NCBI GenBank assembly: GCA_963790475.1
Contig: CAWBOS010000013.1
Coordinates: 416,001-480,000 of the forward strand
DNA from: an uncultured delta proteobacterium
Lineage (GTDB): Bacteria > Desulfobacterota > RBG-13-43-22
Reading direction: 5' to 3'
Length of the DNA: 64,000 nt
Part shown: positions 24,555 to 33,881 of the stretch, in pieces
Layout of the letters: every line of letters begins with the position of its first letter
How positions within the stretch are numbered: position 1 is the stretch's first letter
Position numbers and translations under genes: made by a program
Notes under the pieces: generated by a model
The model's database searches: none
Told to the model about the DNA's origin: nothing
What the model saw: only the letters and a program-made list of their open reading frames with translations

Positions 24555-24883
24555 ACCAGCAGGGGGGTCAACTCTTCGAAAACCTGACGATATGTTAATG
24601 GGTCTGATCCTTTTAAGGCAATGATAATGATATCCCGGGAAGAAGGAAACTTATTATGGGACCGTCTAAAAAATTCTCGCAAAAGACGTTTGATGCGGTT
24701 TCGCCGGACCGCTCCCCCGGTATTTTTCCCGACCGTCAAACCCAAACGGGTTCGTCCAAGATGATTGGGTTTTATGATCACCACGAAATGGGGAAAAGCA
24801 ATTTTTCGATCCGTTTTGGATCTCCGAAGAAAATCGCTCCGTTTCAGTATCCTTACTTCTTTGGGAAAAAGAAACGGTTTCAT
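24551..24883 (-). CDS. rnpA: Ribonuclease P protein component
   Basis: RLGLTV.K..G.AVRRNRIKR motif. Confidence 0.95.
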   Translation of the reverse strand: MKPFLFPKEVRILKRSDFLRRSKTDRKIAFPHFVVIIKPNHLGRTRLGLTVGKNTGGAVRRNRIKRLLREFFRRSHNKFPSSRDIIIIALKGSDPLTYRQVFEELTPLLV

Positions 24884-24915
24884 CGAATTGATAAAAAAGG
24901 GGCCTTCCCTGGTTC

Positions 24916-25050
24916 TCAGACCGATAGCCTTTTTCTTCCCTTGGCCCGCCTTCTTTTAATTACCTTACGCCCCCCGGCAGTGCTCATTCGGACTAAGAAC
25001 CCGTGTGTCCTGGATCGTTTCAGGTTGCTGGGTTGAAATGTTCTTTTCAT
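24916..25050 (-). CDS. rpmH: 50S ribosomal protein L34 (absent from the ORF track)
   Basis: Manual translation [44 protein letters not shown], 44 aa. Confidence 0.98.
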   Translation of the reverse strand: MKRTFQPSNLKRSRTHGFLVRMSTAGGRKVIKRRRAKGRKRLSV

Positions 25051-25317
25051 AAATACCACATCCCCTCAAATTGAAGATAAACTTAATTTAAACCATAGGT
25101 TGTATTTATTGTCAAGCTTTATTTAACATTCCTTTTAATCTCTGTTCGAGAGACCGATCGGTCAATTCAACCAGTACGGTCAATAAATCAGTCGGTTGCC
25201 TCCTACAGGTCGGCCATGGGATGGCCTCTAATGGCTATGCTCCTTTCCCCTGCCCTCTAAGTCATATAGAACAGAGGCTTGTTCTGTTATCTCCGGAGGG
25301 GAGATCTACTTTGATGT

Positions 25318-27045
25318 TTATTTTCCTGAAGAAACTGAAGAGGAAACCTTGATATCTTTGATCCGTAATTCAAGTCTGGGGGTGGAATTATATTCGGATA
25401 TAAAAGGGGTATAGGCCAGGTCGATAATGTCGCCGGGTTTCAGCTTTGTATCTCCCAGTCCGAACCCGATGCCTTCAATCAAGATCCCTTTATGCTCCAG
25501 CTTTAACCGAAGATGTCCCTTGCCGACCAGTCGGAAGGATTTGACCCCGACTTGCCGGGTTGCCAGGAGGGGTTCAGGATTTTTTGATCCAAATGGCCCC
25601 AATTTCGATAGAAAGGGGACAATTTCTTTTACCAAATCGGGAAAATCTATCTCTCCTTCAATGGTGAGTGCTGGAATGAACGCGATTTCTGATACCGAAC
25701 TTTTAACCAGGTCTTCAAAAACCTGCTCAAATACTTTAAGATCCTTAATCATTAAGGAGGCCCCGGCCGCCGCCGCATGACCCCCGAAGCCTAAGAGATA
25801 TTCTTCCAAGACTTCCAGCCCCTTAAACAAATGGAATCCTTCAACGCTACGGCCTGATCCATGAGCGATCTCCCCTTCCATGGAAAATAAAAAAACCGGT
25901 TTCGACAACCGCTCCACTAATCTCGAAGCCACCAATCCCAAGATACCTCGATGCCAGGTCTCTGACCCCAACACCAGACTTTTTCTTTGTTCCAATCCAT
26001 CTTTGGCCTGCAGGAGTTCATCAATCTCCTTGAGCATGCCTTGCTCCATGATCTGACGACGGCTGTTTTCCTGATTCATTAACCGGGCCAGTTCTCCGGC
26101 AACTGTTTCATCATCCGTGGTCAATAAACGAACTCCTCCCTCGGCCTCCAGCACCCGGCCCAGAGCATTAATTCGCGGGGCCAGGCGAAAGGCGATATCA
26201 AAAGCTGAAAGCCTTCTTTCAGGTGGAATTCCGCAAACTTCTTTTAAAGCCGTCAACCCGACCTGCGGAGTTCGGGCCAAGACCTCCAAACCCTCTCGAA
26301 CCAAAATACGATTGACCCCCAGCAAGGGAACCACATCGGCCACTGTGCCCAAGGCAACCAAATCAAGATAAGCCCTCAGGTTGGGTTTTCCCTTTGGAAA
26401 AAAACCCTGCAAATCCAACGCCTGGCGCAGTGCAATAATCAGATAAAAAGCGACCCCCACTCCGGCCAGTTCTTTAAAAGGAAAGTCGCAGCCTTCCTGT
26501 TTGGGATTGAGAACGGCAACGGCCGAAGGGATTCCTTTCTTAGAAATCTGGTGATGATCGGTCACGATGACATCCAGACCCTGATTCTTGGCCCATTCCA
26601 GTTCCTGATGATTGGTAATGCCGCAATCCACGGTGATGATCAAGGAAACCCCTTGTTCTTTTAACCGGGTGATCCCGGGGATCGAAAGGCCGTATCCTTC
26701 GCGGACGCGGTGAGGGATATAGAAAAGAATTTCCGAAAAAAAGGAATTTAAGAAATGGATCAAAAGGGCCGTGGCCGTCACCCCATCGGCATCATAATCC
26801 CCGAAGACGGCTATGTGTTCCCGCCGCTGGATGGCTTTCAGAATACGATTAACGGCCTTATTCATATCTTTCATCAGGGCCGGATCAGGAAGGTGCAGTA
26901 AAGCCGGAGAGAGGAAATCCCTGGCCTGATCGGTCAGATACAAACCCCGGTTGATCAAAAGCTGGGCCACTATTAAAGGGAGGTTTAGTGCCTTGGCTAA
27001 AGGTTCGGCATGATGGGAATCAAAAGGGATAACGTTCCATTCCAT
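25318..27045 (-). CDS. recJ: ssDNA-specific exonuclease RecJ
   Basis: GDYDADG, ITVDCG, TDHH, GSGRS, GGH..AAG (DHH family). Confidence 0.96.
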   Translation of the reverse strand: MEWNVIPFDSHHAEPLAKALNLPLIVAQLLINRGLYLTDQARDFLSPALLHLPDPALMKDMNKAVNRILKAIQRREHIAVFGDYDADGVTATALLIHFLNSFFSEILFYIPHRVREGYGLSIPGITRLKEQGVSLIITVDCGITNHQELEWAKNQGLDVIVTDHHQISKKGIPSAVAVLNPKQEGCDFPFKELAGVGVAFYLIIALRQALDLQGFFPKGKPNLRAYLDLVALGTVADVVPLLGVNRILVREGLEVLARTPQVGLTALKEVCGIPPERRLSAFDIAFRLAPRINALGRVLEAEGGVRLLTTDDETVAGELARLMNQENSRRQIMEQGMLKEIDELLQAKDGLEQRKSLVLGSETWHRGILGLVASRLVERLSKPVFLFSMEGEIAHGSGRSVEGFHLFKGLEVLEEYLLGFGGHAAAAGASLMIKDLKVFEQVFEDLVKSSVSEIAFIPALTIEGEIDFPDLVKEIVPFLSKLGPFGSKNPEPLLATRQVGVKSFRLVGKGHLRLKLEHKGILIEGIGFGLGDTKLKPGDIIDLAYTPFISEYNSTPRLELRIKDIKVSSSVSSGK

Positions 27046-27280
27046 GGACCTACCTTACTTCAGCTTTCCTGGAGGTTCAAGAGAGAATTGATTTTTCATT
27101 GTCAACTCATTTTAAATACAATATAATTTTTTTTCCGACTCTGACTTAAAGATATCCGAATTTAGGGATGGTCTTAAAGGGCCTTGCTTGGGGAGATTGT
27201 CAACCCCTATGCCCCTTGCATAAAATGTTAGAGCAAAAACCTCAGGCAACAAATTGCAGAAATCTAAAAGAGGGAACGCC

Positions 27281-28682
27281 ATGAACTCCGATCATTCCTC
27301 AATACTCAAAAAAATACCTTCAATGACCCTGCTTGTGGAAGAACCGGAGTTTGAAAAATTGCTGTCCCAGGCTTCCCGAAAGTACCTGGTGGAAGTGATT
27401 CGCGAGGTCTTGGCGGAAAAAAGAAAATTAATCCTTTCGGGTCATGAACCGGATCTCGACCTGCCTACCCTGTGGAGAGAAGTCGAGATCAAATTAGAGG
27501 CCAAGGGCGCCTATCACCTGCGCCGGGTAATCAATGGAACCGGAGTTGTTATTCATACCAATCTGGGACGGTCGTTGCTGGCCGCTCAAGCCCTGGAGCA
27601 GATCCAAATGACGGCTCAATTTTATTCCAATCTGGAATTCGACCTGGAAGCCGGTCAACGGGGCAGCCGTTACAGTCACGTGGAAGATCTTCTGATCGAA
27701 CTCACCGGGGCCGAGGCCGCCCTGGTGGTCAATAATAACGCGGCCGCCGTTTTATTATCCTTGGACACTCTCGGCTAAGGGAAAAGAGGTTATTGTCTCC
27801 CGCGGGCAATTAGTGGAAATTGGAGGATCTTTCCGTATTCCCGAGGTCATGAGCCCGCAGTGGAGCCTTCTTGCGGGAAGTGGGAACGACCAATAAGACC
27901 CATCTGCGGGATTATGAAGCCGTTTTATCGGAACAGACCGCCCTGTTGCTCAAGGTCCATACCAGTAACTATCGAATCGTGGGCTTCACGGCCGAGGTCC
28001 CGCTGGAAGACCTGGTGGCCCTGGGACAACGTCACAACATACCCGTCATGGAAGATTTAGGCAGCGGGAGTTTTGTCGATGTCTCCAGGTTCGGTCTGGA
28101 AAAGGAACCCACCGTTGTTGAAGTGGTCCGGGCTGGTGCCGATGTGGTTACCTTCAGTGGAGACAAACTTTTAGGCGGACCCCAGGCCGGTATTATTGTC
28201 GGCCGGAAGAATTATATTCAGGCCTTGCGCAGCAACCCCTTGAACCGGGCCTTGCGAATCGACAAACTGACCCTGGCGGCCCTGGAAGCCACGTTAAAAT
28301 TATATCGAAACGAAGAACAAGCCTTACGAGACATACCTACACTGGCTCGATTGAGTATTTCCCTGCGCGAACTTCATGAACGGGCCAAAAGCCTCCATCG
28401 TCTCCTTAAAAAAAATCTCGTTTCAGGAATGAGCATAACAATCATTCCCACAACCTCCCAGGTGGGAGGCGGGGCGCTCCCCTTATCTTATATGAATTCT
28501 TATGCCCTGTCCTTCTCTTCGGAGGGGAGTCCATTTCTGAACTGGAAAATAAGTTTCGCTCCTTTTCCCCGCCCATTATCGGACGGATCGAGAAAGAACG
28601 TTTCCTTCTGGACGTCCGCACGCTGCAGAAGGAGGATTTTCAGCCTATCGCCCGATGCTTGAAGCAATGCCTGAATTCTTAA
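27281..28682 (+). pseudogene. selA: L-seryl-tRNA(Sec) selenium transferase with three apparent frameshifts (pseudogene or assembly errors)
   Basis: [37 protein letters not shown] (shifted frame), [17 protein letters not shown]; frame changes near 27773, 27855 and 28527. Confidence 0.88.
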
Positions 28683-28755
28683 TTAGTTTCACCCAGAGGA
28701 TTTTTCCTCTTTTTCCCTTTATCAATGGTGATGGATCTGTAAAAAATCGTCACCC

Positions 28756-29047
28756 CATCTATGTTGAAAAGCAAGTCTTTTTAAATCAATCTTCTATTAA
28801 CAGACGATATCTCCGAATGGATAGCTGCATTACTTTGATTATATTTTAAAGCGTGGGCACGAAGTCTGGCGAAGAGCAGACATGCATCTGACGATACGCT
28901 GCAGGGGGTGACCAGCGTTTCCCACGAAACCGATTTATCGGATTGGTTGCAGCCGCAGTCCGGTCATTATTGAACCGCACCCGGAACATATTCCGTTTGG
29001 TTCTTTAATACATAACGAATGCGGTTCAGGAGTCTTCGGGCGATCAT
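28756..29047 (-). mobile_element. IS110-family remnant: last 26 codons of the transposase, downstream non-coding RNA region and element end
   Basis: 28967-29047(-) encodes MIARRLLNRIRYVLKNQTEYVPGAVQ, nearly identical to the C-terminus at 63312; colinear with 62881-62905 and 63133-63390. Confidence 0.9.
28785..28960 (-). ncRNA. Putative orphan bridge/seek RNA
   Basis: Same two-loop scaffold as 63133-63300 (CGTGGG..CCCACG and AATCAA..TTGATT stems) with altered loop sequences. Confidence 0.6.
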
Positions 29048-29092
29048 GACGACAATTGGGGGATGTCAAGAAGGAACTTCTCCAATTTCCCC

Positions 29093-29854
29093 CTATTTTA
29101 TCCACAGGGATAATAACATCACCCCTGCCATTATAATAACTGGAATCAAATGAAGAAAGGGTATTTTAGATAGGCGGGAAGGCAGGTTATGGTTCTCCTG
29201 ATATCCTCTGGCCACCAGAGCGAAAGTCACCTCTTCCACATCGAGAATGGACCGGCGCAGAATAGGCAGGGCCATAAATTTTGCTTTCCGAAAGGGATTG
29301 TGGTTTCGATCCCCCAGGCGCGCCAGGTGAGCTGCCCTGACTTCATCGACCTGGTCCATTATCCGCGAAAAGAATCTTAAGGTCAGGGAAACCATCAGAC
29401 CAATTCGGCGCTCAGGCAAAAAAGGAATAGGCTTCAAGATCCAAACCAAGGCCTCGCCTAAATCTCGCGGGCGGGTGACCGCAGTAAAAAGAACGGCATA
29501 ACCGATCATCAGCCCCATTCGCCAGGAGGTCAGTCCTCCCTGAAGGAGACCTTTCTTACTAACGGGCAGCCAGGGGAAAAAAGAATATCGATCTCCGGGG
29601 GTCAGAAAAATCTGAAAAAGAAAGAGGGCCAGAAGAAAAATCGCCCAGAATCTTAAATCCTTAAAGAATAATCCGAAAGGCAAGCGGGAAAGAAAAAAGA
29701 GAGCCAATATAAGAATCGAATCAATCAGGAACCAAAAAATCGAGGTTTGAATCAGGGTGCCGGTAACCAGCAATAGTCCGAAAAATTTGCAGCGGGCATC
29801 CCAACCATGAAGCAAGGAGTCTCCCGGAAGATAGTGAAAAGCTATTCGAGCCAA
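29093..29854 (-). CDS. ECF transporter transmembrane component T (BioN/CbiQ-like)
   Basis: S.LH..DAR.K N-terminus, ARLG and ARGY motifs; TTG start after GGAGGTGG. Confidence 0.85.
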   Translation of the reverse strand: MARIAFHYLPGDSLLHGWDARCKFFGLLLVTGTLIQTSIFWFLIDSILILALFFLSRLPFGLFFKDLRFWAIFLLALFLFQIFLTPGDRYSFFPWLPVSKKGLLQGGLTSWRMGLMIGYAVLFTAVTRPRDLGEALVWILKPIPFLPERRIGLMVSLTLRFFSRIMDQVDEVRAAHLARLGDRNHNPFRKAKFMALPILRRSILDVEEVTFALVARGYQENHNLPSRLSKIPFLHLIPVIIMAGVMLLSLWIK

Positions 29855-30585
29855 GAAAGTTTTCCACCTCCCATCAATACGTGGCACGGGGGTCTGACCC
29901 CAAAGCGAGCTAATTCCCTAAAAAGGTCCTCGGGATTTCCCGACAGTTTGATCTCTCCGTCTTGAAGGACGGCGATCCTATCCACATGGGCGCTCACCTT
30001 TTCGACATCGTGAGTGGTCACAATCAAGGTATGGCCTTCTCGATGCCATTGAATCATATACGATAATATTTCCCGTATCCCCTGGTAATCAAGGTTGGCA
30101 AAGGGTTCATCGAAGAGGATCACCTGGGGTTTCATGACCATCACTCCGGCCAGGGCCAGCCGCCTTTTCTCCCCTCCGGAAAGCAGATAGCATGGTTTTT
30201 CAGCCAGGTTTTCAATCCCCATTTTATGAAGGACCCAATTGACCCGATCCTCGATTTCCCTTGGGGAGAGCCCTAAATTTTCAGGCCCGAAAGCCACATC
30301 CTCCCTGACCGTCTCCCCGACGATCTGACTGTCCGGATCCTGAAAAACAATGCCCATCATCGTTCTTATTTCCCGAGAATGACGGATGGAATCCAGGCCG
30401 TTAATGTGAATTGATCCCGAGGTGGGTTTCAGAAGACCGCTTAAGGTTTTTAGCAAGGTGGTTTTCCCGCTGCCGTTCGGTCCGCAAATAAGGAGAAATT
30501 CTCCGCGGGAGATATGAAGACCGAGGCCCTTCAGGGCGCAGGTGCCATCAGGATATCTTAGATAAAGGTCTTGGATACGGATCAT
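29842..30585 (-). CDS. ECF transporter ATPase (BioM/CbiO-like)
   Basis: GPNGSGKTT, FQDPDSQ..DVAFGPEN, LSGGEKRR. Confidence 0.9.
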   Translation of the reverse strand: MIRIQDLYLRYPDGTCALKGLGLHISRGEFLLICGPNGSGKTTLLKTLSGLLKPTSGSIHINGLDSIRHSREIRTMMGIVFQDPDSQIVGETVREDVAFGPENLGLSPREIEDRVNWVLHKMGIENLAEKPCYLLSGGEKRRLALAGVMVMKPQVILFDEPFANLDYQGIREILSYMIQWHREGHTLIVTTHDVEKVSAHVDRIAVLQDGEIKLSGNPEDLFRELARFGVRPPCHVLMGGGKLSWLE

Positions 30586-30610
30586 TTCTGTTTTTAAGCC
30601 ACCTTGGGGA

Positions 30611-31159
30611 TCATTCGGATACAGACAGGTTTTGCCGGTCCAACATCGGTTTTAGGGAACGAAACAGGATAACCGCGGAGACCGCTTTCAGAACATCCCC
30701 GGGGAGAAAGGGAACCATCCCGACCATCCAGGCTTTATTCCAGGTCATATTGGTGATGGCCTTCAGCCAGGGGACCCCCAGCCCATAAATGACCAGCGAT
30801 CCGAAAATGACGCCAAACACACTTCCAATGATAGATCGGCGAAAGCACCCGGAGATGAAACCGGTTATCCAGGCGGACAAAACAAATCCGAAAAGATAAC
30901 CGCCCGTAGGTCCGAAGAGATGGGCCAGTCCTCCCCTGCCCCCGGAGAAGACCGGCAAACCAATGGCCCCGACCAATAGATAGAGAGCCGCACTGGAGGC
31001 CCCCCAAAGGGCTCCCAGGAGGAGTCCGGCAAGGAGGACGAAGAGGTTGGTCAGGACAATGGGGACCGGCCCGATGGGAACCTGGATAAAAGCGCCGGCG
31101 GCCATCAGGCCGGCCATGAGGGAACAAAGCACCACGGATCTCATTTTTTCAACAGACAT
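30611..31159 (-). CDS. bioY: Biotin transporter BioY
   Basis: PVP, GAIGLPVF, GPTGGYL.GF, PFLPGD..K. Confidence 0.93.
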   Translation of the reverse strand: MSVEKMRSVVLCSLMAGLMAAGAFIQVPIGPVPIVLTNLFVLLAGLLLGALWGASSAALYLLVGAIGLPVFSGGRGGLAHLFGPTGGYLFGFVLSAWITGFISGCFRRSIIGSVFGVIFGSLVIYGLGVPWLKAITNMTWNKAWMVGMVPFLPGDVLKAVSAVILFRSLKPMLDRQNLSVSE

Positions 31160-31173
31160 GGAACCTCTTTTAA

Positions 31174-31205
31174 TTGTTAACCATTTATTTGTTGAAGGTT
31201 AACAA
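31174..31205. promoter_or_regulatory. BirA operator upstream of bioY
   Basis: Perfect TTGTTAACC-N14-GGTTAACAA palindrome just upstream of the bioY start; TTGACA(-) at 31219-31224. Confidence 0.85.
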
Positions 31206-31468
31206 ATTAAGTTGGACCTGTCAATCTCAATCCTTGTTAATTATTAATGTCTTGTCACCTGGAAGCCGGCAGGATAAGGAAGACGGTTCGAGTTTAGATG
31301 GTCTCCAGTTCCGTCCACCTACATACTCTGGGATTAAAAAATACAGTAAGGTGATTATTTACTTGATCCTCAATTCGTTTACACTATCTCACAATCAATA
31401 TTGGAATTTCCTTGTTGATGCCAACAGGGTTATCCAATTCTGCAATAAAAACCAAGGAGGAAAATTTT

Positions 31469-31948
31469 ATGGCGACTTCAGTCAAACCGATTCCGGAAGG
31501 GTATCACACCGTTAATACCTACTTGACCGTCCATGACGGCCGAAAAGCAATTGAGTTTTACAAAAGGGCCTTCGGGGCCCAGGAAATGTTTCTCATGGAG
31601 GGTCCTCCGGGAAAGATCGGACACGCTGAACTCAAGGTCGGTGACTCGAGGATTATGCTGTCCGACGAGATGCCGGGGGGCATCTGCCGTTCTCCACAAT
31701 CTTTGGGGGGTACGACCATCACCCTGTTTTTGTATATCGAAGACGTCGATCGGACCTTCAACCAGGCTGTTGCTGCGGGTGCCCAAGTGGTCAGGCCGGT
31801 TGAAGATATGTTTTGGGGGGATCGTTATGGAGAGGTTAAGGACCCCTTTGGTCATGCCTGGGGGCTAGCCACCCATAAAGAAGATCTGAATCCCGAAGAA
31901 CTTCAAGAAAGGGCCAAGAAGGCCATGGCCGAAATGGGCCTGGGATAG
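31469..31948 (+). CDS. VOC/glyoxalase (PhnB-like) family protein
   Basis: AIEFY..AFGA, HAEL..GDS, FWGDRYG.V.DPFGH.W; AAGGAGG RBS. Confidence 0.9.
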   Translation: MATSVKPIPEGYHTVNTYLTVHDGRKAIEFYKRAFGAQEMFLMEGPPGKIGHAELKVGDSRIMLSDEMPGGICRSPQSLGGTTITLFLYIEDVDRTFNQAVAAGAQVVRPVEDMFWGDRYGEVKDPFGHAWGLATHKEDLNPEELQERAKKAMAEMGLG

Positions 31949-32131
31949 AGAGTAGGTCGGATTGTATGCCCGGAGAGGATCAGATCAAAATACTGTCTTT
32001 TTCGATTGAAAATACTGATTCGCTATTATTCCTTTCCGGGTTCAGGTAAGATAATTTACTTGCTCACAAGGGGGAGAATCAAGCGAGGAGTGAGCAATAA
32101 TGATTTGATTATTCGTTGTCTACGAGGAAGG

Positions 32132-32392
32132 ATGATGGATAACTCGAAGAAAATTTTACATATCGATCCCGATTTTAACGTCACTTATTTCCTAATTCGT
32201 CCGGGAGCTACCATCAAATCCTCCATCTCACTCCAGCATGCTATACAGATTCTAAAAAAAGAAAAACTCGACTTGATCCTTTCGGAACCGCACAATAAGG
32301 CAATTCATACCTCTCAGAATCTTTCCGAGGAAGTGGATTGGAAATCCGTGTATCAAGATATTATGGAGGTTCGAAATGGCCGTGTCAGGTAA
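32132..32392 (+). CDS. Hypothetical small protein with receiver-like start
   Basis: GAGGAAGG RBS; KKILHID...AIQIL.KEKLDLILSE resembles a truncated REC domain. Confidence 0.5.
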   Translation: MMDNSKKILHIDPDFNVTYFLIRPGATIKSSISLQHAIQILKKEKLDLILSEPHNKAIHTSQNLSEEVDWKSVYQDIMEVRNGRVR

Positions 32393-32591
32393 ATATGGTC
32401 AGGTGAATATACCCAAGGTCGGATTGAATGAGCCCATTTTTATTCTCCGCGCGCAGGACAAGCTGGCGGTGGCGGCGTTGGAAATGTACCGGGCCTTGGT
32501 CCAGTCCCACGGGTCCCCTTTGGCCGCTAAAATTAAAAAAGAAATCGATCGCTTTGAAAGATGGGAAGGCTCCAAAAAGATACCTGATTAA
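32376..32591 (+). CDS. Small hypothetical protein (EPIFILRAQD motif)
   Basis: GGAGG RBS, 71 aa, overlaps the previous ORF. Confidence 0.65.
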   Translation: MAVSGKYGQVNIPKVGLNEPIFILRAQDKLAVAALEMYRALVQSHGSPLAAKIKKEIDRFERWEGSKKIPD

Positions 32592-32699
32592 ATCCCGCTA
32601 TTTAAACGGTGCAAAGGGACTTCCGGACAATTGAACGGGAATCGTCTTGCGTTTAGGGCTTTTCAATTTTTGAGGGAAAACTATCGGAGGTGAAATTCA

Positions 32700-32837
32700 A
32701 TGGAACACCTAAAAATATTTGAAACTATAAATTCACCATTAATGAATCCGGAGGAAATCAATTTTATTTTATTGGAGCCACCCAGGGATGAAATTTTTTC
32801 TCCTCATCAAAAACAGGGTACCGGATCCGAGTCATGA
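32700..32837 (+). CDS. Putative 45-aa protein (absent from the ORF track)
   Basis: GGAGGTG RBS; MEHLKIFETINSPLMNPEEINFILLEPPRDEIFSPHQKQGTGSES. Confidence 0.4.
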   Translation: MEHLKIFETINSPLMNPEEINFILLEPPRDEIFSPHQKQGTGSES

Positions 32838-32985
32838 ATCCGACACGGAACCCTTTTATTGCCCTTTATACAAACTGGAAATAGATGAAGGGGTACCGAT
32901 ATATTTTTCTTCGAAAATGACCTTGGCCTCATCGATTTTTTGAAATAGGGGCCTCTCGAACAGAAAAAACCCGGATCAGGTTACC

Positions 32986-33642
32986 TCATTTCTCGATTAG
33001 TCCCTTCTCTATGGCATAGGTAGTCAGCGCCGAAGCCGAGTGCAGGTTTAATTTCTCCATGAGATTGGAACGGTGCTTTTCGACGGTATTAGGACTGATG
33101 AACAGGTAATCGGCTATTTCCTTATTTTTATACCCTTCCCCGATTAATTTAAGTATCTCCCGTTCCCGGTGGGTTAAGGTGTCCCAGGGCGACAGTGGTT
33201 GCTGTATTTTTTTCCCTTCCAGATAGCCCTCAATCACCTTTTCCGAAACGCTTGGACTAAGTACCCGTTTTCCGGAGAGAATATTCCTGATGGCTTGAAG
33301 CAGTTCCGCATGGGTGGAATCCTTTAAGATATAACCATCCGCGCCGGCCTTCAGAGCAGCTAAGATGTATTCCTCACTATCGTTCACGGTCAAGACCAGA
33401 ATTTTATTTTTCGGCTGTCTTTTTTTAATCTCGCGGATCGCTTCTATCCCGCCCATCCGAGGCATGGAAAGATCCATCAGTATCAGGTCGGGAAGGAGTT
33501 TTTCGGCGATTCGGACGGCTTCCATACCGTTATCGGCCTCACCAGCGACCTCCAGGTCCTGATGGGAGGAAAGGAGAGATCGCAAGCCCTCCCTGAGAAT
33601 CGTATGGTCTTCGACGATAAGAATACGTTGTTTTGCAGCCAT
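32986..33642 (-). CDS. NarL/FixJ-family response regulator (REC + LuxR HTH)
   Basis: ILIVEDH, LMDLSMP, LT.RE.EIL, TVEKHRSNLMEKL; no adjacent kinase gene. Confidence 0.93.
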   Translation of the reverse strand: MAAKQRILIVEDHTILREGLRSLLSSHQDLEVAGEADNGMEAVRIAEKLLPDLILMDLSMPRMGGIEAIREIKKRQPKNKILVLTVNDSEEYILAALKAGADGYILKDSTHAELLQAIRNILSGKRVLSPSVSEKVIEGYLEGKKIQQPLSPWDTLTHREREILKLIGEGYKNKEIADYLFISPNTVEKHRSNLMEKLNLHSASALTTYAIEKGLIEK

Positions 33643-33881
33643 GGCACCGATCTCCTTTTTCTTTTTATGCAGGTTTCAATTTCCGGTCCGAAATCAAATG
33701 GGCCAGGAGTTCTTGATGGCTATTCTCTCTTATACCCCGGGGCGGGTCAAGTCCTTTTTTTCACATCCTTATTGAAGCCCCGGCAGCCTGCCCCGGTAGA
33801 CAGAAAAGTATCGGGGGAGACTGTTTTCCAAAAAACCGCTTTGAATTCCTTAAATAAGCTTATGGTGCCTTTGTAAAATGA

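Noticed and set aside
25140-25317. Possible ncRNA between recJ and rpmH
   Set aside because: Only short hairpins and no family motif I can recognise; an Rfam scan would be needed.
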